A stretch of 55,297 nt of DNA, the filler included, from Streblomastix strix (taxonomy: Eukaryota), in assembly GCA_008636045.1 (NCBI GenBank). It is 3 parts of 3 records of this genome, joined end to end, with 100 filler letters (N's around TTAATTAATTAA, not from the genome) between each part and the next. Parts side by side here need not be neighbours in the genome. Positions count along the whole stretch, not along the records: positions 18,479 to 36,842 come from SNRW01000611.1; positions 36,943 to 55,297 come from SNRW01000612.1; 1 more part is not named here. The stretch is one strand, 5' to 3'. Below the pieces are notes generated by a model. It ran no database searches. It was not told where the DNA came from and saw nothing but the letters and a program-made list of their open reading frames with translations. The position numbers were made by a program, and so were the translations under genes. Shown piece after piece: positions 24,801 through 37,221 of the stretch. Numbering within the stretch: position 1 is the stretch's first letter; each line of letters starts with the position of its first letter.

Positions 24801-27479
24801 AGAATTGTATAAAAGCATGTTACAAATATTGATATAATTAATCTGGTTATTCCTGATCCTCCTCTTCAATAATAAATTTCATAACTATCATAAAATTAAT
24901 AACCAAATTTTAATTACATTTATTAGTCATATAATTATAAAGTTAAATTCTTATTAACAATACACACTTCTGATAAATAAGAAAAATAAAATTCACTTCA
25001 AAATTTAACTCAAATAAATTCACATCATAATTAAAATCAATAATAAGAATAAAATTTAATTCAGAAAATCACTTCACCAAATTCATAATTTTATTCACTT
25101 GGAGATTCATTCATATCATTTCATTGTGTTACTTCTCCAATATACATATTTAATGAATAAAATATGGATAATGATGAGTAGAAAGAGAAGGAGAAATATT
25201 TAGAACTAATAAACAGTCTATTTGTTAATTAGATTAATTAATTGACTTCTTCATAAAGGAATAATTACAATCATAATAGTTGAATGATTGGAGTAATGCA
25301 AAATGAGTTTTGCTAATCACCATTAAATTAATAAAATGAAGAAATTATTTTAAAAGAAGGAAAATCAAACAATAATTAATAAGAATTTTATGATACAAAT
25401 AATATTTCTATTATTTCATCTGCTGCATTTTCACTTCAACATTAATAATCATTAAATATGAATGAAGAATAAGATGAAAATATTGATAATAATAAGTTTA
25501 ATATTTATGTGAAATTATCAGATTAATCTTCATCCAAAAATTCTTATTTATTTGAACCCATCGCTATTGTTAAACTAGATGAAGAAATATGCGAATAATG
25601 TTATGAATAATAAATTATATATGAAAAAGACATTGAATAGGAAATGAATAAAATATATGAGGAAATAAATATTGATGATTTAATAACAATGAATAAGAAA
25701 GAAGAAGTATAAGAAATAATATAAGATCATAAAGATGCAAAAATAATTGGATCTCCATAAAGAATGATAAAAGATATTGAGAATAATAAAGAAATCAAAC
25801 CAATTTTAGAAGATAAATAAAACAATAAAGAATAACATGATGATGAGGAAGAAGAAGATATCTTCTCAATATAAGATAATGATAATGATGATGATGATTA
25901 TATTGATAGTGATGATGAATACACAAATAAGAAGGAAAAGAATAAATCAAAATCAAAGCCAAAATCTAAAGTCAAAACTTCTCCCAAATCTTCTCTTCTT
26001 TTATACACAAATAATTCTCCATTATCAATATTAAATAATTAGAATAAAAATGTGAATAAAAATTATGGTTTGAATAAGCATGAAGTAAAAAAGGAGATAA
26101 AATAAGAAAAAGAAGATTTGAAAGAAAAGGGAATATTAATTGTGAAGAAAAAAGGAAGAAAGAAGAAAATATTAGTTGAGATGGAGAAGGATTATGAATA
26201 AGAGAAAGAGAAAGAATAAGAATAAGAGAAAGAATAAGAGAAAGTGGATGATAATGGATAAATATTGATGATAAAAGATAAATCAACTCATTAGAAGAAG
26301 AAGAAGAAATAATAAAACATTGAAGAAATAAATGAAAATTCTATTTCTATTCCAAAGTTCTTATAACTTAAAAGGGAAAAATAACAATTTCAATAATTTT
26401 TAATTAATTCAAATAAATTATCATCTTCGTCAATTCACCATATACTATGGAGAATTCTAATCAATTAATGTGTTAATTAGAATGAAGGAATATTATTAAC
26501 TATTCCTTCTTATTCATCTCATTAAATACAATAGTCTTAATCATAGTAAATATTAAATAATAACACTTAATCTAAGACAAAATCAAAATCAAAGAAAAAT
26601 AGAAAATTAATGTAAAAAGATGATGAAATTGATGCAGATGAATATATTGAGCATTAATAACAATAAAACAATATTTAATAACAAAGAGATTGTTTCTTTT
26701 TAATCCCTGCAAATAACCATCCATTATTTAAAAATAAAGATAATAGAACACAAGCTTCAAGAGTATCATTAATTGAATAGTCAAGATTAGCAGATTGTTT
26801 TATCTTATTTAGAATTAAGAAGAATGAAAGAAGAAATGAAATTTAAATTGATGAAAAAGAAAATGATGAAAAAGATATTTAACCAAATAAAATAATATTG
26901 AATGAAATAATCTCAAATATAGATTAAATTAGTTTGCGATTATATAAAAATGAATAATTAAATATATTCTTCACACATGTACATCCTTTATTCATATCTC
27001 CATTTCTTCGAATCAATTCTCTATTAAATAAATAATTAAATTAATAATAAATAACACAACTTCCTTCTTGTTCTCCATTCAGTTCTTTTGCACTTATTCG
27101 CTTATTTATATACATTCCATCATCATCATCATCTTCTTCATCTTCTGTCAATTAAAATAAAATAATTAAAGACAAAGTAAAAGAATTGGAATAAGATGAA
27201 GAATCATTATCTGAAGAAGCATAAAGTATTGCTGATGAAGTTGTTTCCATTCTTTCATTACACCCACTTACATAACATTCACATCCAATTATCAAATATT
27301 ATATTGGCAACGATGAAAGTGATTTATAAGAGACTGTTTCTGCTTCTGATATATTCTTAGTTCATAAATATTACACTCATGATGTATTAATAAAGAAAAA
27401 TAATTAAATCGAAGAGAAATTAATACAAGAAGAAATTAAAATTGAAAATAATGATGAAGAATCAGAGAATAATGAAAAT
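21894..27479 (+). CDS. Large low-complexity hypothetical protein, left-arm copy cut at the fold-back junction
   Basis: Long single frame under TAR=Gln with R/E-rich N-terminus and a CKNC motif; one in-frame TGA noticed at 25281. ATG is preceded by TTTAG, so upstream exons (e.g. from ATG 21457) are possible. Confidence 0.7.
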
Positions 27480-30400
27480 GAATTGTGAGTTGGAAGTGTA
27501 TTATGTGAATATTGAAATATGTGATTAAGAATTGGCGCTCTTACAATTGGAAGTAATAATGATTGTTAGGATAAGGATATTGATTATTGAGATTATTTTT
27601 TTAATTATAATTCTTATTCTTCATCAGATTATTTCTAATTAATTGCATTATCTGCTTTTTCATTAGTAATAAACATTTTTCCAATCATATAAATCTCTTT
27701 TACAATTTAATTTAATAATTATTATATTTCTTATGTTTATGAATATTGATATATTATCGGTCTTGGAAGATTAGAATGCAACATTGAATATAGAAGAGAA
27801 TGTGAATTAGTTTGAGAATGAAATGGTTAAATATTGTGTTTATTTTCATTATTCTCTGATTCTTCATCATTATTTTCAATTTTAATTTCTTCTTGTATTA
27901 ATTTCTCTTCGATTTAATTATTTTTCTTTATTAATACATCATGAGTGTAATATTTATGAACTAAGAATATATCAGAAGCAGAAACAGTCTCTTATAAATC
28001 ACTTTCATCGTTGCCAATATAATATTTGATAATTGGATGTGAATGTTATGTAAGTGGGTGTAATGAAAGAATGGAAACAACTTCATCAGCAATACTTTAT
28101 GCTTCTTCAGATAATGATTCTTCATCTTATTCCAATTCTTTTACTTTGTCTTTAATTATTTTATTTTAATTGACAGAAGATGAAGAAGATGATGATGATG
28201 ATGGAATGTATATAAATAAGCGAATAAGTGCAAAAGAACTGAATGGAGAACAAGAAGGAAGTTGTGTTATTTATTATTAATTTAATTATTTATTTAATAG
28301 AGAATTGATTCGAAGAAATGGAGATATGAATAAAGGATGTACATGTGTGAAGAATATATTTAATTATTCATTTTTATATAATCGCAAACTAATTTAATCT
28401 ATATTTGAGATTATTTCATTCAATATTATTTTATTTGGTTAAATATCTTTTTCATCATTTTCTTTTTCATCAATTTAAATTTCATTTCTTCTTTCATTCT
28501 TCTTAATTCTAAATAAGATAAAACAATCTGCTAATCTTGACTATTCAATTAATGATACTCTTGAAGCTTGTGTTCTATTATCTTTATTTTTAAATAATGG
28601 ATGGTTATTTGCAGGGATTAAAAAGAAACAATCTCTTTGTTATTAAATATTGTTTTATTGTTATTAATGCTCAATATATTCATCTGCATCAATTTCATCA
28701 TCTTTTTACATTAATTTTCTATTTTTCTTTGATTTTGATTTTGTCTTAGATTAAGTGTTATTATTTAATATTTACTATGATTAAGACTATTGTATTTAAT
28801 GAGATGAATAAGAAGGAATAGTTAATAATATTCCTTCATTCTAATTAACACATTAATTGATTAGAATTCTCCATAGTATATGGTGAATTGACGAAGATGA
28901 TAATTTATTTGAATTAATTAAAAATTATTGAAATTGTTATTTTTCCCTTTTAAGTTATAAGAACTTTGGAATAGAAATAGAATTTTCATTTATTTCTTCA
29001 ATGTTTTATTATTTCTTCTTCTTCTTCTAATGAGTTGATTTATCTTTTATCATCAATATTTATCCATTATCATCCACTTTCTCTTATTCTTTCTCTTATT
29101 CTTATTCTTTCTCTTTCTCTTATTCATAATCCTTCTCCATCTCAACTAATATTTTCTTCTTTCTTCCTTTTTTCTTCACAATTAATATTCCCTTTTCTTT
29201 CAAATCTTCTTTTTCTTATTTTATCTCCTTTTTTACTTCATGCTTATTCAAACCATAATTTTTATTCACATTTTTATTCTAATTATTTAATATTGATAAT
29301 GGAGAATTATTTGTGTATAAAAGAAGAGAAGATTTGGGAGAAGTTTTGACTTTAGATTTTGGCTTTGATTTTGATTTATTCTTTTCCTTCTTATTTGTGT
29401 ATTCATCATCACTATCAATATAATCATCATCATCATTATCATTATCTTATATTGAGAAGATATCTTCTTCTTCCTCATCATCATGTTATTCTTTATTGTT
29501 TTATTTATCTTCTAAAATTGGTTTGATTTCTTTATTATTCTCAATATCTTTTATCATTCTTTATGGAGATCCAATTATTTTTGCATCTTTATGATCTTAT
29601 ATTATTTCTTATACTTCTTCTTTCTTATTCATTGTTATTAAATCATCAATATTTATTTCCTCATATATTTTATTCATTTCCTATTCAATGTCTTTTTCAT
29701 ATATAATTTATTATTCATAACATTATTCGCATATTTCTTCATCTAGTTTAACAATAGCGATGGGTTCAAATAAATAAGAATTTTTGGATGAAGATTAATC
29801 TGATAATTTCACATAAATATTAAACTTATTATTATCAATATTTTCATCTTATTCTTCATTCATATTTAATGATTATTAATGTTGAAGTGAAAATGCAGCA
29901 GATGAAATAATAGAAATATTATTTGTATCATAAAATTCTTATTAATTATTGTTTGATTTTCCTTCTTTTAAAATAATTTCTTCATTTTATTAATTTAATG
30001 GTGATTAGCAAAACTCATTTTGCATTACTCCAATCATTCAACTATTATGATTGTAATTATTCCTTTATGAAGAAGTCAATTAATTAATCTAATTAACAAA
30101 TAGACTGTTTATTAGTTCTAAATATTTCTCCTTCTCTTTCTACTCATCATTATCCATATTTTATTCATTAAATATGTATATTGGAGAAGTAACACAATGA
30201 AATGATATGAATGAATCTCCAAGTGAATAAAATTATGAATTTGGTGAAGTGATTTTCTGAATTAAATTTTATTCTTATTATTGATTTTAATTATGATGTG
30301 AATTTATTTGAGTTAAATTTTGAAGTGAATTTTATTTTTCTTATTTATCAGAAGTGTGTATTGTTAATAAGAATTTAACTTTATAATTATATGACTAATA

Positions 30401-33400
30401 AATGTAATTAAAATTTGGTTATTAATTTTATGATAGTTATGAAATTTATTATTGAAGAGGAGGATCAGGAATAACCAGATTAATTATATCAATATTTGTA
30501 ACATGCTTTTATACAATTCTTACTGGAGATGGAGGAAGAATATTAATTAGTTCAGAAAAATGAATCGATAATTATTGTTGTTATTATTACTGTAATTATT
30601 GAGGTGATTCTTATGATGATGAAGATTAAGATGTTGATTAACCTGTTAATAAAAATGGAGAAATGGACGATTATGAAGCTAATTAATTGATTTATTTGGA
30701 ATCTTCATTTTCTTACTCTTTAATTATGGATTTATTTTATTTCTTTTTACTTTTCTTACTTTTGTTCTTATTTTTAGATGAATTGGATAATTGATCATTA
30801 AATGGATTTGTATACTGTTACTATTGAACTTATGATGATGATGATGATTATTATTATTGATTTATTTCATTATCATCCTATTCCCCAATATCTGTGTATA
30901 TTGTTACATATTCAGGAAAGTCAGTATAAACAGGAGGAGGAGGCAATTAGGGTTATTTTATTGGAATTAAATTCTTATTTTTATTTTAAAACAATGCTGA
31001 AAATTTTGGTGTATTTTGTTTTGATTATTTATTTGGATTAAATTACAATAAAGAAGGTGATTATGATGAAGAAGAAGTTGATTCTAATAGAAATTGATTA
31101 TTAAACTAACTTAATGAATAGTCAGGTTAATTACTTTGTAATTGTGAGTTTAATGAATTGTCTTATACGTTATTAACTTATTCATTTATTTCACTTTCTT
31201 TTTCAATTATTAAATCTTTCTCCATTTCTTTCTTATTGTTATTTGGTTCATCCTTATTCTTATTATCTTTCTTGATTATTCTTTTAATTCCTGTGAATGA
31301 TTGCATTAATAAATCATAGAATTCATCTTAAATGGTATTTAATTAAATCTGTGATTATTATAATTAAGAAGATGAAGAAGATGAAGATGTTTATTATTGT
31401 TGCAAATTATTTTTAATTTCCTTCTTTTTCTGTTTTCTTTTATTTCTATTGTCATTAATTCCCCAATTCTAAACAGAGGGAGCCAATAATTTCTTTTCTT
31501 TCACTGTATAGATTATCACATCGTCATCTTCACATTCAGATTCTTTATCATTGTTATTTATTGTTTATTTACTATTTCCATGTTATTTTTATTTTGGTGC
31601 TGTTGGCTATTACTATTATTGAGTTTATTGTGGTTATTATGGTTATGGTGGAATATTTTATTATTTCTAGTTTTATTTTGATTTCAATTATTCAATATTA
31701 TTGTTCGTTTCTTGAATACTACTTTATTATTTATTCTATTATAATAAAAATGATGGTTATTATAAAATTTACTATTATTATTACCCTTATTATTATTATT
31801 GTATCTGTTATTATTGTTATTATTATTGAGGGTATTATAATAAAGGATATGAGTGAAATGGAAATGGGACCATAGGAGACATTTGAGGTGCAGATGCAGA
31901 TTAATAATTAGTTTAAGTATTGGGATATTGTTATTAATTGGGTAATTATCCAAATATGAACGGCTTCTATTGTAATGAAGAAGTGAAAGGATACTGAGGT
32001 TAATATGTTGGTGATAAAGAAGGATATTGAAAAGATGATGAAGATGATGATGAAGAAGATGAAGAAGATGTAGATATTTATGGTTAATATGATAATGGTG
32101 ACATAAATTAAGGTTGTAACTATGAAGGTTGATATGTTATTTGAGATAATTAATGTTAAAAAGATGATAAAGGCTGATATTATGAAGAAGATGATGATTA
32201 TGGAGATTAATTTGGTAAAAGAGATGGTTAAAAATAAGGAAATTATTGAGAAGTAAATTTATTGTCTTTAATCAAACCATTTTAATTTAATTTTATTTTG
32301 TTTTAATCAACAACATTCTCTTTCTTATCTTCTTTAACTTATTTATCCTACTTTTCTTTTTATTCTTTTTTCTCTTTTTATTCTTTTTATTCTTTCTATT
32401 CATTAATATTTTTATTATTTTGCCTTTTTTTATGAGATTTATGTATTGGTTCAAATAATTGTTTAATAAAATCATCTGTAGGAATAAAATAAGAAGATAT
32501 TAAAGGAGGTGCTTTCACTGATGGTGTGATTATATTCTATTATATAAACTGATTATCATCTTCCTTATTATTATCATCTTCTTCATCATTTTCTTCTTCA
32601 TTATAATCTAATTACAATTTCCTATTAGGAACTGCTCCTAATTACGATATTAATGCAGCTGAATGTCCATCGCCCATCGGATTGAATGAAACTTCAGTAA
32701 ATGGTCGGAGTATATTTTATGCATATCTTATTATTCTCCAGGCATTCCCACTTCTCTTTCTATTATTCAACTCTGGATCAGGTGCATTAGACAAAGCAGC
32801 CTGTCTATTTCTCTCATTTTAATCTTTTGGCTCAAAAATATCATCAATTTAATTATTGTTATATATTCCTCCTCCTCCAAGAATATCATCTAATGCTTAT
32901 GTATACAACATTGGAAGTGTATATAATGGAGAAATAGATTATAAATTGATTGGACTCATATTCTTATCTTTCTCCAGAATTTCTCCATCATCTGTATCCT
33001 AAGATGGAATAATATCGTGTCTTTTTAATATGTGCATGTAAAATGGGTAACTCATCGTATTGATGCAGTTCTTGCATGTAAAAGACATTTACTCGGCACT
33101 TGCTCCGAATTTGAGGAATTGAAGACCTTTAAAAAGAGCTCTATGTTATATCAGGTTCTCATTTGAACTGTTTGAACTGTTAGATTGATCATATTTCGAG
33201 AAATTTGGCGACAATTCTTTTAATAGTACTTTTTTCTTCTTGTTGTAGAGGTCGAGTGTACGTGGTGATGGGTCTGTACTAATCCTGTCAATAGTACTGA
33301 GCTCAACACCTCCTTTGTACTTTTCAATCTCTTTACGCTTCTCACGTTCACGCTCACGAAGCTCTTCTATTCTCCTCTCCCTCGATCTGGCCCTTTCTCG

Positions 33401-33427
33401 CTCTTCTTTTCGCTTTGCTCTGTCCAT
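27480..33427 (-). CDS. Same hypothetical protein, right-arm copy continuing through the spacer (probable native orientation; 3' end lost)
   Basis: The minus frame stays open across the spacer without TGA (NENKHNIQPFHSQTNSHSLLYSMLHSNLPRPIIYQ...LLLPIVRAPILNHIFQ). Confidence 0.75.
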
Positions 33428-34242
33428 CTAAAATATATTAAATATAATAAATAAATAAGTAGAATAAGATTAAATGAAAAATGTTATGATCGTCTTTCAA
33501 TCATTTAAGTGGAAAAAATAAATTAATGAAAAAATAAAGAATATAAGGAATTTAATTGAAAATAATGAACTGGGTATTATATCACTAATATGAAAAAAAC
33601 GAAAATAAATTGATATTAAATATAATAAAAAAAATGGGCAGATATTAATTAAAATATAAAAATAAATGTAAATATATCTAGATCGCGCAATAAAAGCGAA
33701 TTATCCTAAAAAAATTTGTTAATATTTTTGTAATTAAAACATATCATTCACATATAAACACTAAGAAAGCATAATTGTTAAAACGAACAACAATTTATAA
33801 ATTGGAATTATTCATTGGGAACAGTAGAAAAGCTTCTGCATTATTATTTGTGCTTGTTCTCCATTGCAAATGTTTAAAAATGTAGTATAACTCAATAAAA
33901 TGATTTATAATATTATATTCTGTGTAAATATTCTCAAATTTAATACCAAGAAGGGCCACGTTCCAAGAAATTGGCGATATAATTAATTGTTGATAACTTT
34001 CCTAAAATGTCTAAAATGCATGAAAATACAACATTTTTAATTTTAAAATATTTGAATATTATTTGTATTTGATATTGAATAAATCGGACATTAAAAAAAA
34101 TAAAGAAATAAAAATAGGTGTAAGAATTATTATTGAATTCAAAATTGAAATGTAAAATAAATAAGTTTTACTATCAGATCCTCACCCAGCAAGAAATTCA
34201 CACTCTTTGAACATTGCCGAGTTTATCCATCTCCTTAGAATA

Positions 34243-36842
34243 TCAATGATCAAGTGATTTGATTAACTAATTGAATGAACTGTTTGAATCTGCTTTTAGA
34301 TTATCTGGCGTGTCAATCTCAACAACTTTCCCATCATCCATAACCATGATTCTATCACTGTTCATGATCGTATTCAATCTGTGTGCAATAACAAACACAG
34401 TTTGACTAATGAACTAATCTTTGATCGTTTTCTGGATCTTTGCATCAGTTTCAACATCAACAGATGCAGTTGCTTCATCCATAACTACAATTCTGCAGTT
34501 GTTCAGAATGGCTCGGCCAAAGCAGATTAATTGTCGTTATCCTGCACTGAAGTTAGATCCACCTTCTGCAACTTATGCATCAAGTCCCAATGGAAGTGAA
34601 GCAACAACATCTCTCATCTCAACCATACCAAGAACTTCCCAAATTTAATCATCATTGCATTTCTTTCCAATATCAAGGTTATAACGAAGTGTTCCAGTGA
34701 ACAGAGTTGGATCTTGTGGAATAATTGCAATAGATCGTCTCAATCTTGATAATTTTACTTTTGAAATGTCAATTCCATCAATAAGAACTCTTCCTTTGTT
34801 TGGTTCTTCATTCGGATCAGATTCAATTGGAAATCCTGTTGTGATATCAATCATCGTTGGTTGTAGAATGTGATCAAGTTCAATCAATCGGAATAGTGCA
34901 AATAGAAGAGATGTCTTTCCTGCTCCTGTTCGACCACAAACTCCAATTTTTTCTCCTCCTCGAAGATCAAATGAAACATCTTTCAGTACATAAGGCAATT
35001 TTGATCGATATCTGAAAGAGACTTTATCGAATTCCACTCTTCCTGTTTAAGGCCATTCATTGCCAGGTATTATCTCAAGTGATTCACCTTCTTTAAGATT
35101 TGCTGATTATGGAACATCTTCTTAAACTGACCATTCTCCTTCACCAAGTTGAACTTTATTTCCATGATATGATTTTTCTTATGGGAGTTTGGATGAGTAA
35201 AAACGGATACGATCATATGAGGTCATTTTGGATTCTATGATAAACAAATAAAAACGAATAAATTTTTTCTTTAATATAAACAAATAATTCACACCTAGCT
35301 CAACAAATTGCTATACAATAAAAATTCCTAGAAATCCAAATTGAGTTGCAGCTTAAATAGCCACTGCAAGTTTAGAAGGTTCCATCCTCCACCATCCGAT
35401 TAATACAACACCTATCATGAATATACATGAAACCATTGATGAATAAAGTGTTGCTTTATTATATTTATATAATATAAAAAATAAGATAATAATATTGAAT
35501 ATTTGAATAGAAACTAATTATATTATTGATTTAATTATTATATTTATTGTACCCCATTTTTTCCCTTCCATGAAAATGATAAATCGAATTGACCAATCAT
35601 CATTCAGTTATTCAAACTTCTTTGCCCAATCTTTCTCAAGTTAATATGCTCTGCTCATTAATAAAAATTTTGGAAATCGTTAAATAAGTAATAATAATAT
35701 AATAATCATACCTTATTGTACTCAATCCAGCTCCTGAGACAGTTTCACTGAAATGTGATAGAACTGGTGAACGACTTATAGCCTATATAAAATAATATAG
35801 ATAATAGTTTATGGAGAAAATAATTAATATTAAAGAATAAGATGCTTTCAATTTTATTTATTTTATTATTATAGTTATTTATTATACCTCCAATCTTTGC
35901 AAATTTCTACTTGCTCGAGAATAGATTTTCTATTAATAAAGAAGAAACAATATAAAATAAAATTAAATAAATAAATGTTATTATTATAGTCAATATATTT
36001 TGTATACCATTACGATGAAGAAGATTATCAATGTTGGAAGTCCAATGTAAAGAAAGAAAGGAGTATCTACTGCAACTATTACAATCTGAATAAATTAAGA
36101 TAAAACAATTATTAATTATTAAATTCAACAATAAAAATCAATAATAAAAATCAAATTTAATAAGTTAAAATATTCATATATTCATATATTTAAATAATGC
36201 ACAAACTTGTCCAATCAAACTCAACCAACAATTCATTACTTGTGTCAGATTCATATATAAGACTTGATCAGTTTGTGAGATGTCTCCAGTGAATCTATTA
36301 AGGATTCTTCCCATAGGAGTCTAGTCATAGAAGGATGTTGGACAATGAGCTACATGTGTAAGCAACTTACGATGGATTAATCTGTTTGACCTCCTAACTG
36401 CAAATGCTGATGCAACAGCTCTTATCAAGAATAGCAATAACACACCAGCTCCAAATAGTGCATACATACCAATCTTCCAAGTGAAAGATAACTTACTATA
36501 TTATTATGATGATCCTACACATCCTAACCACCATTAAGAGAATACAGATAATCCTTCTCCAGTTGAATAGTACAATAAAAATGGAATTACTAAAATTGAA
36601 GGTATTAGTGATAGAATATAAGCAAAGTATGAACTCCATGGAACTCCTTTTGTTTCCTGCTCTTCATTTGTTATGATAGTTTTAGCTGCATCAGATTCAT
36701 TAGCTTTATTATCTTCATCAGATTTCACATCTTTGCTACTTTATTTACTTTTTACATTTTGGATAGCTTTCTTTTTATGGACTTTTTTCAATTATTTTTC
36801 ATTTTCATTAACTTTTTTTATTTATTTTTCATTTTCTTTAAT
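34243..36842 (-). CDS. Inverted copy of the ABCC/MRP transporter C-terminal half
   Basis: Reverse complement of 18479-21078. Confidence 0.93.
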
Positions 36843-36942
36843 NNNNNNNNNNNNNNNNNNNNNNNNNNNNNNNNNNNNNNNNNNNNTTAATTAATTAANN
36901 NNNNNNNNNNNNNNNNNNNNNNNNNNNNNNNNNNNNNNNNNN
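36843..36942. other. Artificial contig linker N44-TTAATTAATTAA-N44
   Basis: Same as 18379-18478. Confidence 0.98.
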
Positions 36943-36943
36943 A

Positions 36944-37066
36944 AACATTGTTTGGGGAATGGCCAGAAGAATCACTTCAAATAGTTGATGGCAATCACTC
37001 AATAAAGGTGAAGTTGTTGAATATGATATATACACTCCTCAATTGCCAAAGTGGGACTATTGGTAA
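36944..37066 (+). CDS. Probable 3' fragment of an unknown gene
   Basis: Higher-GC, coding-like segment before a T-rich tract. Frame is uncertain; the most protein-like reading is NIVWGMARRITSNS*WQSLNKGEVVEYDIYTPQLPKWDYW. Confidence 0.3.
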
Positions 37067-37221
37067 TTTTTTGAATATTTTTTTTTATATTTTTTTTAAT
37101 ATTTTATTTAATATTTTTATATTAATATATTATTTAATATTTAATTTAATATTTTTTAAATATTTTTTTAATATTTTTATCTTTTATTTTTATTTTATTT
37201 TTTTTTATGTTATTCACTTTT

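Larger units (their letters stand above)
18479..36842. repeat. Whole-contig palindrome: arms 18479-27479 and 27842-36842 (9,001 bp each), 362-bp spacer
   Basis: Mirror ORFs have coordinate sum 55321. Arm identity breaks at 27480/27841; no arm mismatch was seen in the parts compared. Confidence 0.97.

Noticed and set aside
27480..27841. Seven in-frame TGAs on the plus strand of the spacer that read attractively as Trp (EL*VG...LV*E*NG)
   Set aside because: They are the antisense of TCA (Ser) codons; the minus strand is the open, typical coding frame. Not evidence for UGA=Trp.
18379..36942. TTAATTAATTAA flanks as telomere or transposon ends of a palindromic element
   Set aside because: They are embedded in symmetric N44 padding between length-sorted contigs, so they are synthetic linkers. 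Gene neighbourhood across them is meaningless.
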